Source of the DNA: Candidatus Latescibacterota bacterium | GTDB taxonomy: Bacteria > Latescibacterota > UBA2968 > UBA8231 | Reading direction: 5' to 3' | DNA: 64,000 nt | NCBI GenBank assembly: GCA_965206595.1 | Contig: OZ242214.1 | Coordinates: 3,264,001 to 3,328,000 of the forward strand | In this document: positions 40,244 through 49,565 of the stretch, piece after piece | Numbering within the stretch: position 1 is the first letter of the stretch | Layout: every line of letters begins with the position of its first letter | The notes under the pieces: generated by a model | Seen by the model: the letters and a program-made list of their open reading frames with translations, nothing else | Databases searched by the model: none | What the model was told of the DNA's origin: nothing | Program-made: the position numbers and the translations under genes

Positions 40244-41383
40244 TCATCCCCCCATTCCATACAGCTTCCCGCTCGCCGCGGCCGCCCTGTCGGTGTACCC
40301 GGGCCAGCGCGGCGGCTCCAGCAGCAGGTCCCCCTCGGGACAGAGAATCCAGTCGGAGCGGCCGATCTCGTAGCCGCGGATGTGGGCGTAGGGGCTGTCG
40401 TCGTTGATGTACTGGACGACGAACAGGTCCCCGGAGGGTCGCTGCACCCACCCCGAGTAGGCGCCGTCGCAGTGGATGCTGCGGTCGTGGTCGATGAAGA
40501 AATACCGGTGGCCCCCCTGGCGGGCGCGGTGGGCGGTGCAGTCCGGGTCCGCGGCGATCTCCTGGGTCTCGACGTGGAGGACGAGGTTGCGCGGCGGCGT
40601 CAGGCGCTGGAACCCGTGGACGATGGCGACCTCGCCGCTGCGCAGGATGCCGGCCCGCGGCCTGCCGACGCAGCAGGTGAGGAAGGTCGGGTAGGGGCCG
40701 GACCAGGTTCTTCCGCCGTCCCGCGAAATCGCCTTGTGCCCGATGGCGCGCTGCCGGTCCTCGCGCAGGTAGCAGACCAGGGTGCCGTCGTCGAGCTCGA
40801 CGTAGGTCCCTTCGTTGAGCCACAGCTCCGGGTCGGAGCAGACGTGGATCGCCGGGCCCCAGGTGCGTCCGTTGTCGGTCGAGGTGAAGGCGTTGTGGAG
40901 CCAGACTGCGCCGGGGTCGTCGCGCCTTCCGACGCGGTCGCCGCCGATGACGATCTCGCCGGCCCGGGTGCGGAATATGCAGGGACAGATGTGGCCCCTG
41001 ATCCCGGTCGAGGCGCGCCCGGTCCAGGTGCGCCCCGAGTCGGTCGAGCGGTAGATGAGGATCTCGGAGTCGGGGTGCTCCTCCGGCTCGAGGCGGGGCA
41101 GCAGGTCGCAGATCATCAGCAGCTCGGAGCCGTCGAGGGCGAGCAGGCGCGGGTTGTTGAGCCGGCCCCCGGTTTCGGGGTCGTTCACCTCGTCGACGAC
41201 GGCCTTCTCGCTCCAGGTGCGGCCGCCGTCGCGGCTGAGGTGGCAGGCGATGCGGCCGAACGGCCGGGCGGTGTGCCCGAGGCTCTCCCGGTAAATGCAT
41301 ACCCAGGTGCCGTCGCCGCACTCGACGAGGTCGGGGAAGGCCTTGTACACGTTGTCTTCCCGGAAGAGGACGGACTTGATCAT
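40244..41383 (-). CDS. BNR/Asp-box sialidase-family protein
   Basis: YKAFP and Asp boxes SRDGGRTW, STDSGRTW, STDNGRTW and SRDGGRTW. Confidence 0.85.
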   Translation of the reverse strand: MIKSVLFREDNVYKAFPDLVECGDGTWVCIYRESLGHTARPFGRIACHLSRDGGRTWSEKAVVDEVNDPETGGRLNNPRLLALDGSELLMICDLLPRLEPEEHPDSEILIYRSTDSGRTWTGRASTGIRGHICPCIFRTRAGEIVIGGDRVGRRDDPGAVWLHNAFTSTDNGRTWGPAIHVCSDPELWLNEGTYVELDDGTLVCYLREDRQRAIGHKAISRDGGRTWSGPYPTFLTCCVGRPRAGILRSGEVAIVHGFQRLTPPRNLVLHVETQEIAADPDCTAHRARQGGHRYFFIDHDRSIHCDGAYSGWVQRPSGDLFVVQYINDDSPYAHIRGYEIGRSDWILCPEGDLLLEPPRWPGYTDRAAAASGKLYGMGG

Positions 41384-41797
41384 CGCTTGGGCTCCTTCTG
41401 GTTGGGTGCGTTGAGAGGTGACCCGGGCGCTACGGTGGGCTCGCGGTTTGGGGCTGGGCTCCCGCTATCGGGGGGAGCCGACGCTTGGTTTTCGGGGAAA
41501 GAGAGTGAAGCGGCTCTCGCAGCGCTAACGGTCGTGTGTGAAGGTCAGGGGCCGGCATGGAAAGCTGGGCGGATATATGGGCCGGATCTTCAGGGGAGCC
41601 GCAGGCAAATAGCCGGTCGAATCCCCGGCTGGTCGTTCAACAGACTTCATGGAACAGGGATGTCAGCTGCAGGTGTTGGCGAGGTCTGCGTGAAATGCGG
41701 TCGGTGATTTTCAGGCGGGCGCGGCAAGGGCCGCCCAGCAGTTCCAATCATTACATCGGGCGACATCGGGCGGCAACGGATACGGGATACCACCGCA

Positions 41798-44700
41798 CTA
41801 ATTGCCGTGGGAGGCGCGGAAGATGGCATCGGGATCTCCGGGAATCGGCCGCGGCGAGAGGAGCTGCGCGTCGGAGAGATTGAGCGCCGCGTACGGGCCG
41901 TACTGGAGGACGAGCTGGGCCGCGGCGCATACCGCCCGGTATCCCGCATCGTCCTTCGAGGCCCCGCGGTTGGACTCGGGCCGGGAAGCGGCGATCAGGG
42001 CGCTGGCCAGCGCCGGCGCCGGCAGGAGGTCGGGCTCGATTCCAAGGCTGCGCAGGCCATCCAGGACCTGGGCGGCTCTCAAGGGCTCCAGGGAAAGATG
42101 GCGCACCGGCCTGTCCCGGGACGGTCCTGTCTCCAGAAGGGAGACCAGCTCCCGGCAGACCGCCTCCACCGGAGCGAGCTGCCAGGTCCAGTCCCCCTCG
42201 GGGAATACCCCTGCAGCCGCCAATGCCCGCACCGCCGAGGTCAAGCGGTCGCGGGGATCGCGGTTTCCGTTTTCGGAGGGGCCGAGAAGGTGGGGGACCC
42301 GCACGACCGAAACCGGCAGTCCCCGCTCGAAGGCGGACCAGACCAGCAGCTCCGCGGCGAACTTGGAGAGGGAGTAGCCGTCGGCGCCCGAGGCTTCGAG
42401 GTCCGCGGCCAGGGGGCGCATGGCATCGAGGCCGAAGGTGTCCTCCGGCCAGGTGGTCCCCAGGGGGAAGACGGCGCTCGAGGAGACGCAGTGGACGGGG
42501 GTGCCGTGCCGGAGAGCGAGCCGCAGCACTTCCCGGGTTCCGCCGACGTTTGCGGGCTCGAGGTCCTCGTAGGAGGCGAAGATGTCGAGGTCCGCGGCGA
42601 GGTGGAAGATGGCGTCGGCTTTTTCGGCCAGGGCGGCGAAGGCATCGGGGGAGAGCCCCATCAGCGGTTTCGCCAGGTCGCCCGGAATCACCTCCATGCG
42701 CTGATCCGGATTGCCCCGGGACAGGCCGCCCCTCCCATGCCGCTCCAGCGCCACTTCCAGGCGCCTGCGCGCGCCGCCGCCGCTGTCGGCCCGGACCAGG
42801 GCCACCACCTCAACAGGGGTGGTCCGCAGCAGGGCGTCCACCAAGGCCGCCCCGAGAAACCCGGTCGCTCCGGTCACCAGGACGGTCCGGGGAGGAGTCC
42901 GCGGTTCCGGGAGCCCTGCGGCAGGAGTGTCGATCTCCAGCTCGGGCGGGCTCCACCTTGGCCGCGGCTGCAGTCCTTTCTGTTCTTGGAGGAAGCGGGC
43001 CAGACTCAGCGGAGTGGGGTGCCGGTAGAGGTCGCCGACCGCTACGCGCCGCCCGGTGGCGTCGTGCAGAATCCCGCAGAGCCGGATCGCCCTGAGGGAG
43101 TGGCCGCCGCTGGCCTCGAAGTCGTCCCGCGGGCCGATCTCCGGATCGTCGAGTGCCACCCTGAAGGCGTCGAGCACCTGCTCCCGCAGATCGCCCGGCT
43201 CGGACCGCGGCCCCGCAGATGCGGACGAGGCCGGTTCGGTGAGGCGCAACTGCCGGCGGTCGACCTTCCCGGAAGGCAGGAGCGGAAGCTCCCCCACAGG
43301 GACGAACCTTCCCGGCAGGCTTTGTTGCGACACCCGGGAAGCAAGGTGAGCCCGCAGCCGGCCGGCGAGGGTTTCCCCCCGTAGACCCTCCCGCCTCGGT
43401 ACGACGTAAGCGACCAGCTCCGTCTGCCCTCGAGGATCGGTCTCGACCATGACGCAGGCCCGCCGGACAAGCGGGTGGCTCTCGAGGACCTCCTCGATCT
43501 CTCCGGGCTCCACCCAGGAACCGCGGATCTTGATGCCGCTGTCGCAGCGGCCAAGGATCTCGAGCTCGCCGCCGGGATGTAACACGCCGAGGTCGCCGGT
43601 ATCCCAGACGCGGGTACGGCGCCGGCTTCCGTCCGGAGCGGGCAGATCCGCCTCGACATAACCGTCGCCGCCCCCGTCAGCGCCGTGGACAGCCCGCGCC
43701 AGGGCGCTGCCCCCCACCAGGATTCTGCCGGGGCTCCCCACCTCAACGAGACGTTGGGGGTCGTCCCGATCGCAGATGTGGACCTCGGCGAAGTCGGCAA
43801 CGACCCCGCATGTGACCGCTTTCCCGGGCCTGAGCTCGCCGCCGGCGATGTCGTGGCATTCCGCCGTCGAGTAGAGATTGGCGATCCGCACCCGGGGCAG
43901 GGCTTCCCAGGCGCGCTGCACGATGGCCGGTGCGGCGATTTCGCCGCAGAGGACGAGCAGGCGCAGACGCCGCAGCGCCTCGATTCCTTCGGCGCAGTCG
44001 AGGCAGGCGCCCAGCAGGGTCGGGGTCATCATGATCCGCGTGATACCGAAGCGGACGATGGCGGAAGCCAGGGCGAACGGGTCCCGCATGGTCTCGTCGC
44101 GGATCAGCACCGCCGGGACGCCCCGGCACAGCGCCGGGACCGCGTCCCAGATGCCGAAGATGTTGCAGCCCACCGCGTCCCTTGCCGGGTCGAAGGGCCA
44201 GAGCCGGCAGCGCCAGGCGTGCGAAAGCATCGACCCCACGTGATCGGTGGCGACCATTCTCGGGATGCCCGTCCGGGTGCCCGAGGTGAAAGCGAGGTGC
44301 GCGGTGCGTAGCGGGTCGGGCTCGGGGAAGGTGATTCCCGCGTTTTCCCGGGGCGCTTCCTCTTCGATCCAGATCCTGGCTGCATCCTCCTCGAGAGAGG
44401 CAGGCAGGACCGGGGCGAACCGCCGGGAGGTCACCACCACGCGGAGGGGCGCGCGCGCGAGTACCTGCTCCATAATCGCCGGTGAGTGTGGTGCCAGGGG
44501 GACGTAGGGAAGCCCCGCCTTCAGACAGGCGAAGTAGGTGACGATCTTGTCGGCGTCGTTCTCCAGAAGGACGCCGACACCTGGCTGCAGCTGCCCACCC
44601 CGGCAACGCCGCAGCAGGGTGGCGGCACGGGCCTCGACGGCAGCAATGAGCTCCCTGTAGGTCAGGTAACCCCTGTCGTCGACGAGGATGGCCCTGTCCG

Positions 44701-44824
44701 GGGCCAGCCCGGCCTGCCGGGCGAAGGCGGCGTCGATGCACTCAGGGGCCGCGCTTCCCTCGGGGCGCGGGGGACGGATGCGCTGGTACCAAGGGAGGGC
44801 GGTGCTGGAGAGGTACGGGGGCAT
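41798..44824 (-). CDS. Stand-alone NRPS-like A-T-R reductase (adenylation, carrier, thioester reductase)
   Basis: FTSGTRTG.P, TGDLG, GRCD..IKIRG and SGKVDR; carrier motif GGHSL; R domain VTGATGFLG and YSLSK. No condensation domain. Confidence 0.9.
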   Translation of the reverse strand: MPPYLSSTALPWYQRIRPPRPEGSAAPECIDAAFARQAGLAPDRAILVDDRGYLTYRELIAAVEARAATLLRRCRGGQLQPGVGVLLENDADKIVTYFACLKAGLPYVPLAPHSPAIMEQVLARAPLRVVVTSRRFAPVLPASLEEDAARIWIEEEAPRENAGITFPEPDPLRTAHLAFTSGTRTGIPRMVATDHVGSMLSHAWRCRLWPFDPARDAVGCNIFGIWDAVPALCRGVPAVLIRDETMRDPFALASAIVRFGITRIMMTPTLLGACLDCAEGIEALRRLRLLVLCGEIAAPAIVQRAWEALPRVRIANLYSTAECHDIAGGELRPGKAVTCGVVADFAEVHICDRDDPQRLVEVGSPGRILVGGSALARAVHGADGGGDGYVEADLPAPDGSRRRTRVWDTGDLGVLHPGGELEILGRCDSGIKIRGSWVEPGEIEEVLESHPLVRRACVMVETDPRGQTELVAYVVPRREGLRGETLAGRLRAHLASRVSQQSLPGRFVPVGELPLLPSGKVDRRQLRLTEPASSASAGPRSEPGDLREQVLDAFRVALDDPEIGPRDDFEASGGHSLRAIRLCGILHDATGRRVAVGDLYRHPTPLSLARFLQEQKGLQPRPRWSPPELEIDTPAAGLPEPRTPPRTVLVTGATGFLGAALVDALLRTTPVEVVALVRADSGGGARRRLEVALERHGRGGLSRGNPDQRMEVIPGDLAKPLMGLSPDAFAALAEKADAIFHLAADLDIFASYEDLEPANVGGTREVLRLALRHGTPVHCVSSSAVFPLGTTWPEDTFGLDAMRPLAADLEASGADGYSLSKFAAELLVWSAFERGLPVSVVRVPHLLGPSENGNRDPRDRLTSAVRALAAAGVFPEGDWTWQLAPVEAVCRELVSLLETGPSRDRPVRHLSLEPLRAAQVLDGLRSLGIEPDLLPAPALASALIAASRPESNRGASKDDAGYRAVCAAAQLVLQYGPYAALNLSDAQLLSPRPIPGDPDAIFRASHGN

Positions 44825-45165
44825 GGTGGCCGGGCAGGGAAGGCTACCGGGTGGGGGAGTATGTGGGAAGCACAGTGGATCTATTGTGGTGAAGTACGAC
44901 TAGGATGTCGGGGTCTGCGGCGTGCATCATGTCGCCGTAACTTAAACATTGCATATGGATAAGGGCCGCTGTCCTGGCGGGCGAACCTGGAATATGAGAA
45001 GCCTTCACACTCTTGTGCACGGACCAATCAGGTCGTGGCCGATTCCCTTCATTGATGCTGCTGAAGACCTTCCGGCTGGAGTTCGCCGGCAATGAGGTGA
45101 TCCGTCACACCCGATTCATTCTGCCGTTGCGGTTGCATTTTTAGGCACATAAGGAGGAAGCAGAG

Positions 45166-47919
45166 GTGGCAGGCAAGAAGAAAAAGGCGAGCCGGGCGGG
45201 GAATAGGCGGAGCGCCAAGAGCTACGCACATCCGGAAGCGAGTGCGCTCCTCCGGCCCGATGTCGGCATGCAGGCGCAGTTCCGCAAGAAGAAGCCGCCG
45301 GCCACCTACCGTTACGATTCTTCGCTCTCACCGGCCCTGGACTGGGACGGACAGAATCCTGCCCGGGAGGAGGCCGAGACGAAGATCGCCGCGTTGGAGG
45401 AGCACATCACGCAACTGTCCGCAATTGTCGATTCGGCAGACACCGGAGGTATTTCGGAGAGCGATCTCGCCAACGCCAAAGAACAGCTTGCGGCCGCCCG
45501 GGAAGACGCGGCCTCACTGAAGGCGCTTTCCAAGCCCTTCCTCGACTGGGCTGGAAAGGCCGAGCGGTTGTCCTTCGACGTGCCGACGCTGCCTCTGTTC
45601 GTCCACGAGCGGCTCTCCACAGCGGCGATTCTCGAGACGTTGAAGGGTCACACACGGGACCGGCAGATCGACATGTTCGACCTGTTCGGCGAGAGCGACC
45701 TGCCCATTCACGATCGGCTGCTGAGGGCGTACGAGCACCAGAACGGGTGGGTGAACCGGCTGATTCTGGGCGACTCGCTGGTGGTGATGAACTCCTTGCT
45801 CGGATACGAGGGCCTCGGAGGCCAGGTTCAGACTATCTACATGGACCCGCCCTACGCGGTGAAGTTCGGCTCGAACTTCCAGCCCTTCGTGCGCAAGCGT
45901 GACGTCACCCACGGCGACGACGAAGACATGGTGCGCGAGCCGGAGATGGTGCAGGCATACCGGGACACCTGGGAGCTTGGCCTCCACTCCTTCCTGACCT
46001 ATCTCCGCGACCGCCTGCTGCTCGCGCGGGAGCTGCTTCATCCCTCAGGGAGCATCTTCGTGCAGATGTCTGACACCAACCTGCACCACGTCCGCGAGGT
46101 GATGGACGAGGTGTTCGGACCCGAGTGCTTCGTCTCGCAGATCAGTTTCCAGACTACCTCGGGGTTTCAGACCAAAACCCTCGCGACGCTCGGCGACTTC
46201 CTGCTGTGGTACGCGCGGGACCCGGAGCGGCTCAAAGTGCGGAAGATGTTCGAGGAGCAGCCCGCGGTTCCCGGCGAAGGCAACGCGAGGTGGGTGCTGC
46301 TCCCGGACGGAAACTACCGGGGTGTGACCGCAGCTGAGAGACGCAGGGAAGTACCACTGCCTGGAGATGCTCGCCTCTACAATCCCGATAACATCCAGTC
46401 GCAGGGAGCTTCCCGAGAACCGCAGCCCTTCGAGTTCGAGGGCAAGGTTTACCGCCCGAACCCCAACTCGTATTGGAAACCCAACTACCCGGACGGGCTT
46501 GAGCGTCTCGCCGCGGAAGACCGGATCCATGTGGCGGCCAACAGCCTTCGTTTCCGACGGTTCGCCTCGGATTTTCCCTACAAGGAACGGGGCAACCTCT
46601 GGACCGATACCCTGACAGGCAGCTTCACGGAGGAGAAGACTTACGTCGTACAGACGAACCCCAAGGTTATCGAACGCTGCCTCCTCATGACCTCCGATCC
46701 CGGCGACCTTGTCTTCGATCCCACTTGCGGTTCTGGCACGACGGCGTACTGCGCGGAGAAGTGGGGACGCCGGTGGATCACCACCGACACCTCACGGGTG
46801 CCCCTCGCTCTTGCACGACAACGGCTGCTCACCAGCACCTTCGACTATTTCCAACTCAAGGAATCCGAACGGGGTCCCGCAGGGGGCTTCGATTACCAGC
46901 GTCGGCAGAATGCCAAGGGTGAAGAGGTCGGCGGCATCGTTCCCCACATCACTCTCGAGTCGATTGCCAACGACGAGCCCGCGAAGGAAGAAGTGCTCGT
47001 CGACCGGCCCGAGACGGACGACGGCATCACACGGGTAAGCGGCCCCTTCTGCGTCGAGGCCACCATTCCGACCCCGATGGACTGGGAAGACGGGGAAGGA
47101 GGCTCATCTGACAAGGCGGCGGACGGGCACGCGGATCACGTCGAGCGGATGATCGAGGTGTTGCGGCGCTCGCCGATACTGCGTCTCGCGGGCGGTAATA
47201 TGGTTGCCCTTTCCAAGGTGCGCCCGCCCGCGAGGACGATGAGTTTGTCCGCCGAGGCTCTGGTGGAGGGCGACAGCCCGAAGACGGCTGCTATCGTCTT
47301 CGGGCCGGAAAACGGGGCCGTGGCGGAGAGGCTCGTGTTCGAGGCGGCACGGGAGGCGTATGGCAAGAGCTACGGCCATCTCTACGTCATCGGTTTCGCC
47401 ATTCAACCTGATGCACGCCGCTTGGTCGAAGACTGCGAGCAAGCGGTCGGGGTGCCCGCCACCTATGTCCAGGCGAGCATGGATCTGGTGATGGGAGATC
47501 TGCTGAAGAATCTGCGGTCGAGTCAGATATTCTCGGTTTGCGGTCTTCCCGACGTACGGATCAAAGAAACCTCCAAGCAGGACTACCAGATCGAGCTCCT
47601 CGGTCTCGACGTGTTCGATCCCGTGGTAATGAACTCGGATCACCAAGAGGGGAACGACGTGCCGGCCTGGTTCCTCGACACGGATTACAATGGGCTCTGT
47701 TTCCATGTGTGCCAGGCGTTCTTTCCACGTACTTCTGCCTGGCAAGGCCTCAAGCATTCCCTTCGGGGCGATTTCGAGGACAGCGTCTGGCAGCATCTTT
47801 CCGGGACGGTCAGCGCTCCTTTCCAGGCCGGTGACCATGGTCAGGTGGCGGTGAAGGTCGTGGATGATCGCGGTAACGAGTTGATGGTGGTCAAGCCGCT
47901 CTCGGAGGCTGGTGCGTGA
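45166..47919 (+). CDS. mod: Type III RM modification methyltransferase
   Basis: NRLILGDSL, YMDPPY (motif IV) preceding FDPTCGSGTT (motif I), C-terminal VAVKVVDDRGNE; AGGAGG RBS with a GTG start. Confidence 0.9.
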   Translation: MAGKKKKASRAGNRRSAKSYAHPEASALLRPDVGMQAQFRKKKPPATYRYDSSLSPALDWDGQNPAREEAETKIAALEEHITQLSAIVDSADTGGISESDLANAKEQLAAAREDAASLKALSKPFLDWAGKAERLSFDVPTLPLFVHERLSTAAILETLKGHTRDRQIDMFDLFGESDLPIHDRLLRAYEHQNGWVNRLILGDSLVVMNSLLGYEGLGGQVQTIYMDPPYAVKFGSNFQPFVRKRDVTHGDDEDMVREPEMVQAYRDTWELGLHSFLTYLRDRLLLARELLHPSGSIFVQMSDTNLHHVREVMDEVFGPECFVSQISFQTTSGFQTKTLATLGDFLLWYARDPERLKVRKMFEEQPAVPGEGNARWVLLPDGNYRGVTAAERRREVPLPGDARLYNPDNIQSQGASREPQPFEFEGKVYRPNPNSYWKPNYPDGLERLAAEDRIHVAANSLRFRRFASDFPYKERGNLWTDTLTGSFTEEKTYVVQTNPKVIERCLLMTSDPGDLVFDPTCGSGTTAYCAEKWGRRWITTDTSRVPLALARQRLLTSTFDYFQLKESERGPAGGFDYQRRQNAKGEEVGGIVPHITLESIANDEPAKEEVLVDRPETDDGITRVSGPFCVEATIPTPMDWEDGEGGSSDKAADGHADHVERMIEVLRRSPILRLAGGNMVALSKVRPPARTMSLSAEALVEGDSPKTAAIVFGPENGAVAERLVFEAAREAYGKSYGHLYVIGFAIQPDARRLVEDCEQAVGVPATYVQASMDLVMGDLLKNLRSSQIFSVCGLPDVRIKETSKQDYQIELLGLDVFDPVVMNSDHQEGNDVPAWFLDTDYNGLCFHVCQAFFPRTSAWQGLKHSLRGDFEDSVWQHLSGTVSAPFQAGDHGQVAVKVVDDRGNELMVVKPLSEAGA

Positions 47920-49565
47920 TACACACCGTTCGCATACGCGGCTTCAAGCGCTTCGACGAAGTCGAGTTCCGTCTGCCGGGGCACTTGGTCCTGGCCGGTC
48001 CGAACAATACCGGCAAGACGACGGTGCTTCAGGCCATCGCGTCATGGTCGCTGGCTCTCCGACGATGGCGCGAGCTCAACGATTTCAATCCTCGAATGGG
48101 TTACACCCGCGCGCCCATAGCCCGGCAGGCCTTCGCGGCGGTCCCCCTTCGGAGCTTTGATCTGATGTGGAAGGATCGCCAATACCGGGGGCAGATCGAG
48201 ATCGAGATCCGGCACCAAGCGGGCTGGTCCGTTACGATGGAGCTCATCGCCGACAGCACCGAGCAGATCTACGTTCGGCCCAAGGCGGAAGTGCCGGCGG
48301 ATACACTACGAGAACTGGATCTCGGAGTGGTCTATGTGCCTCCGATGACCGGATTGGAGACAAACGAACGGCTCTTTCAGCCCGCCGCTGTAGAGCAAAT
48401 CCTTGGTCTCAGTCGTCCCGGTGAAGTTCTGCGCAACCTGCTCGTCACCGCGAACCTGAATGATGCTGCTTGGAACGCACTCCAGGATTCCATCGGGAAG
48501 CTCTTTGGCTATGAACTGCTGCCCCCCGACGCCAGCGGACCGTACATACGCGCAGAGTACACAATGACCCAGGGGGGCCAGCCGCTTGACATCGCCAGCG
48601 CGGGCAGCGGATTCCAACAGGTGCTGATGCTGCTCACGTTTCTCAATACGCGGAAGGGCTCGGTGCTTCTTCTTGACGAGCCCGATGCCCATCTGCACTT
48701 GATTCTCCAAGACGCCATCTACCACGAGCTTCGCACGGTTGCCGCACGTCACCGATCGCAACTTGTAATCGCCACCCACTCTGAGGTAATCATCAATTCG
48801 GTGGAGCCTCGCGAGCTCTGCGTTACGCTCAACGAGCCGAGGATGGTCGCCGACAGCGACGAGCAGAGCCGACTGATTTCCTCGCTTCGCGTGCTCAGCA
48901 ACGCAGATGTCATGCAGGCGCTCGAGGTCCGTGGGATCCTGTATGTCGAGGACTACACTGACATAGACATCCTGCGTGCATGGGCGTCCACACTTGGACA
49001 CCGGGCAGAGCGGCTGCTTACCACGGAGCTCATGTGGAAGCCACTGGTATTCCAGGCGCAAGAGGGGCGTCAAGGGATCAGAGCGCGCGATCATTATGAA
49101 GCCTTGCAGCTTGTACGTGAGGAGCTACCCGGGTTCGAACTTCGAGACGGCGACGCTAAACCGCCCGTACCCGACAGCGAGATAAGCGGCACTGGTTTAC
49201 AGCGTCTCCGCTGGCGACGGTACGAGATCGAGAGCTATCTCATCCACCCGGACGCGCTCGCCCGCTTCGTCGAGGCCGAGGTTGGGGTCGAGGCAACCGA
49301 GTCGCATGTGGAAGACATGCTCGCTTACTGGCGCGACGAGTTTCCACCTGTGGTAGCGAGGGAGCCACTGGGCGATCATGAGTATCTGAATGTGACGAAA
49401 GCCCGCGAGAAACTGCTTCCTCCGCTGTTGGCAGCGGCAGGACTGCCAGGTCTGCCTTATACCCGCTACCACGAGATCGCCGAGAGGATGCGTCCAGAGG
49501 AGATTCACCCTGAGGTAGTCGAGAAGCTCGATGTCATCTGCCGCGCATTCGGAGTCGAGCCATGA
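47916..49565 (+). CDS. OLD-like ABC ATPase-TOPRIM protein embedded between mod and res
   Basis: GPNNTGKT, GSGFQQ, LLLDEPDAHLH and ATHS; TOPRIM-like YVEDYTD, RDGD and EIESYL; 4-nt overlaps on both sides. Confidence 0.82.
   Translation: MIHTVRIRGFKRFDEVEFRLPGHLVLAGPNNTGKTTVLQAIASWSLALRRWRELNDFNPRMGYTRAPIARQAFAAVPLRSFDLMWKDRQYRGQIEIEIRHQAGWSVTMELIADSTEQIYVRPKAEVPADTLRELDLGVVYVPPMTGLETNERLFQPAAVEQILGLSRPGEVLRNLLVTANLNDAAWNALQDSIGKLFGYELLPPDASGPYIRAEYTMTQGGQPLDIASAGSGFQQVLMLLTFLNTRKGSVLLLDEPDAHLHLILQDAIYHELRTVAARHRSQLVIATHSEVIINSVEPRELCVTLNEPRMVADSDEQSRLISSLRVLSNADVMQALEVRGILYVEDYTDIDILRAWASTLGHRAERLLTTELMWKPLVFQAQEGRQGIRARDHYEALQLVREELPGFELRDGDAKPPVPDSEISGTGLQRLRWRRYEIESYLIHPDALARFVEAEVGVEATESHVEDMLAYWRDEFPPVVAREPLGDHEYLNVTKAREKLLPPLLAAAGLPGLPYTRYHEIAERMRPEEIHPEVVEKLDVICRAFGVEP

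Noticed and set aside
41807-43384. 525-aa plus-strand ORF (likewise 15536-17068, 30688-32148, 40382-41707)
   Set aside because: Antisense shadows of well-supported genes in high-GC DNA.
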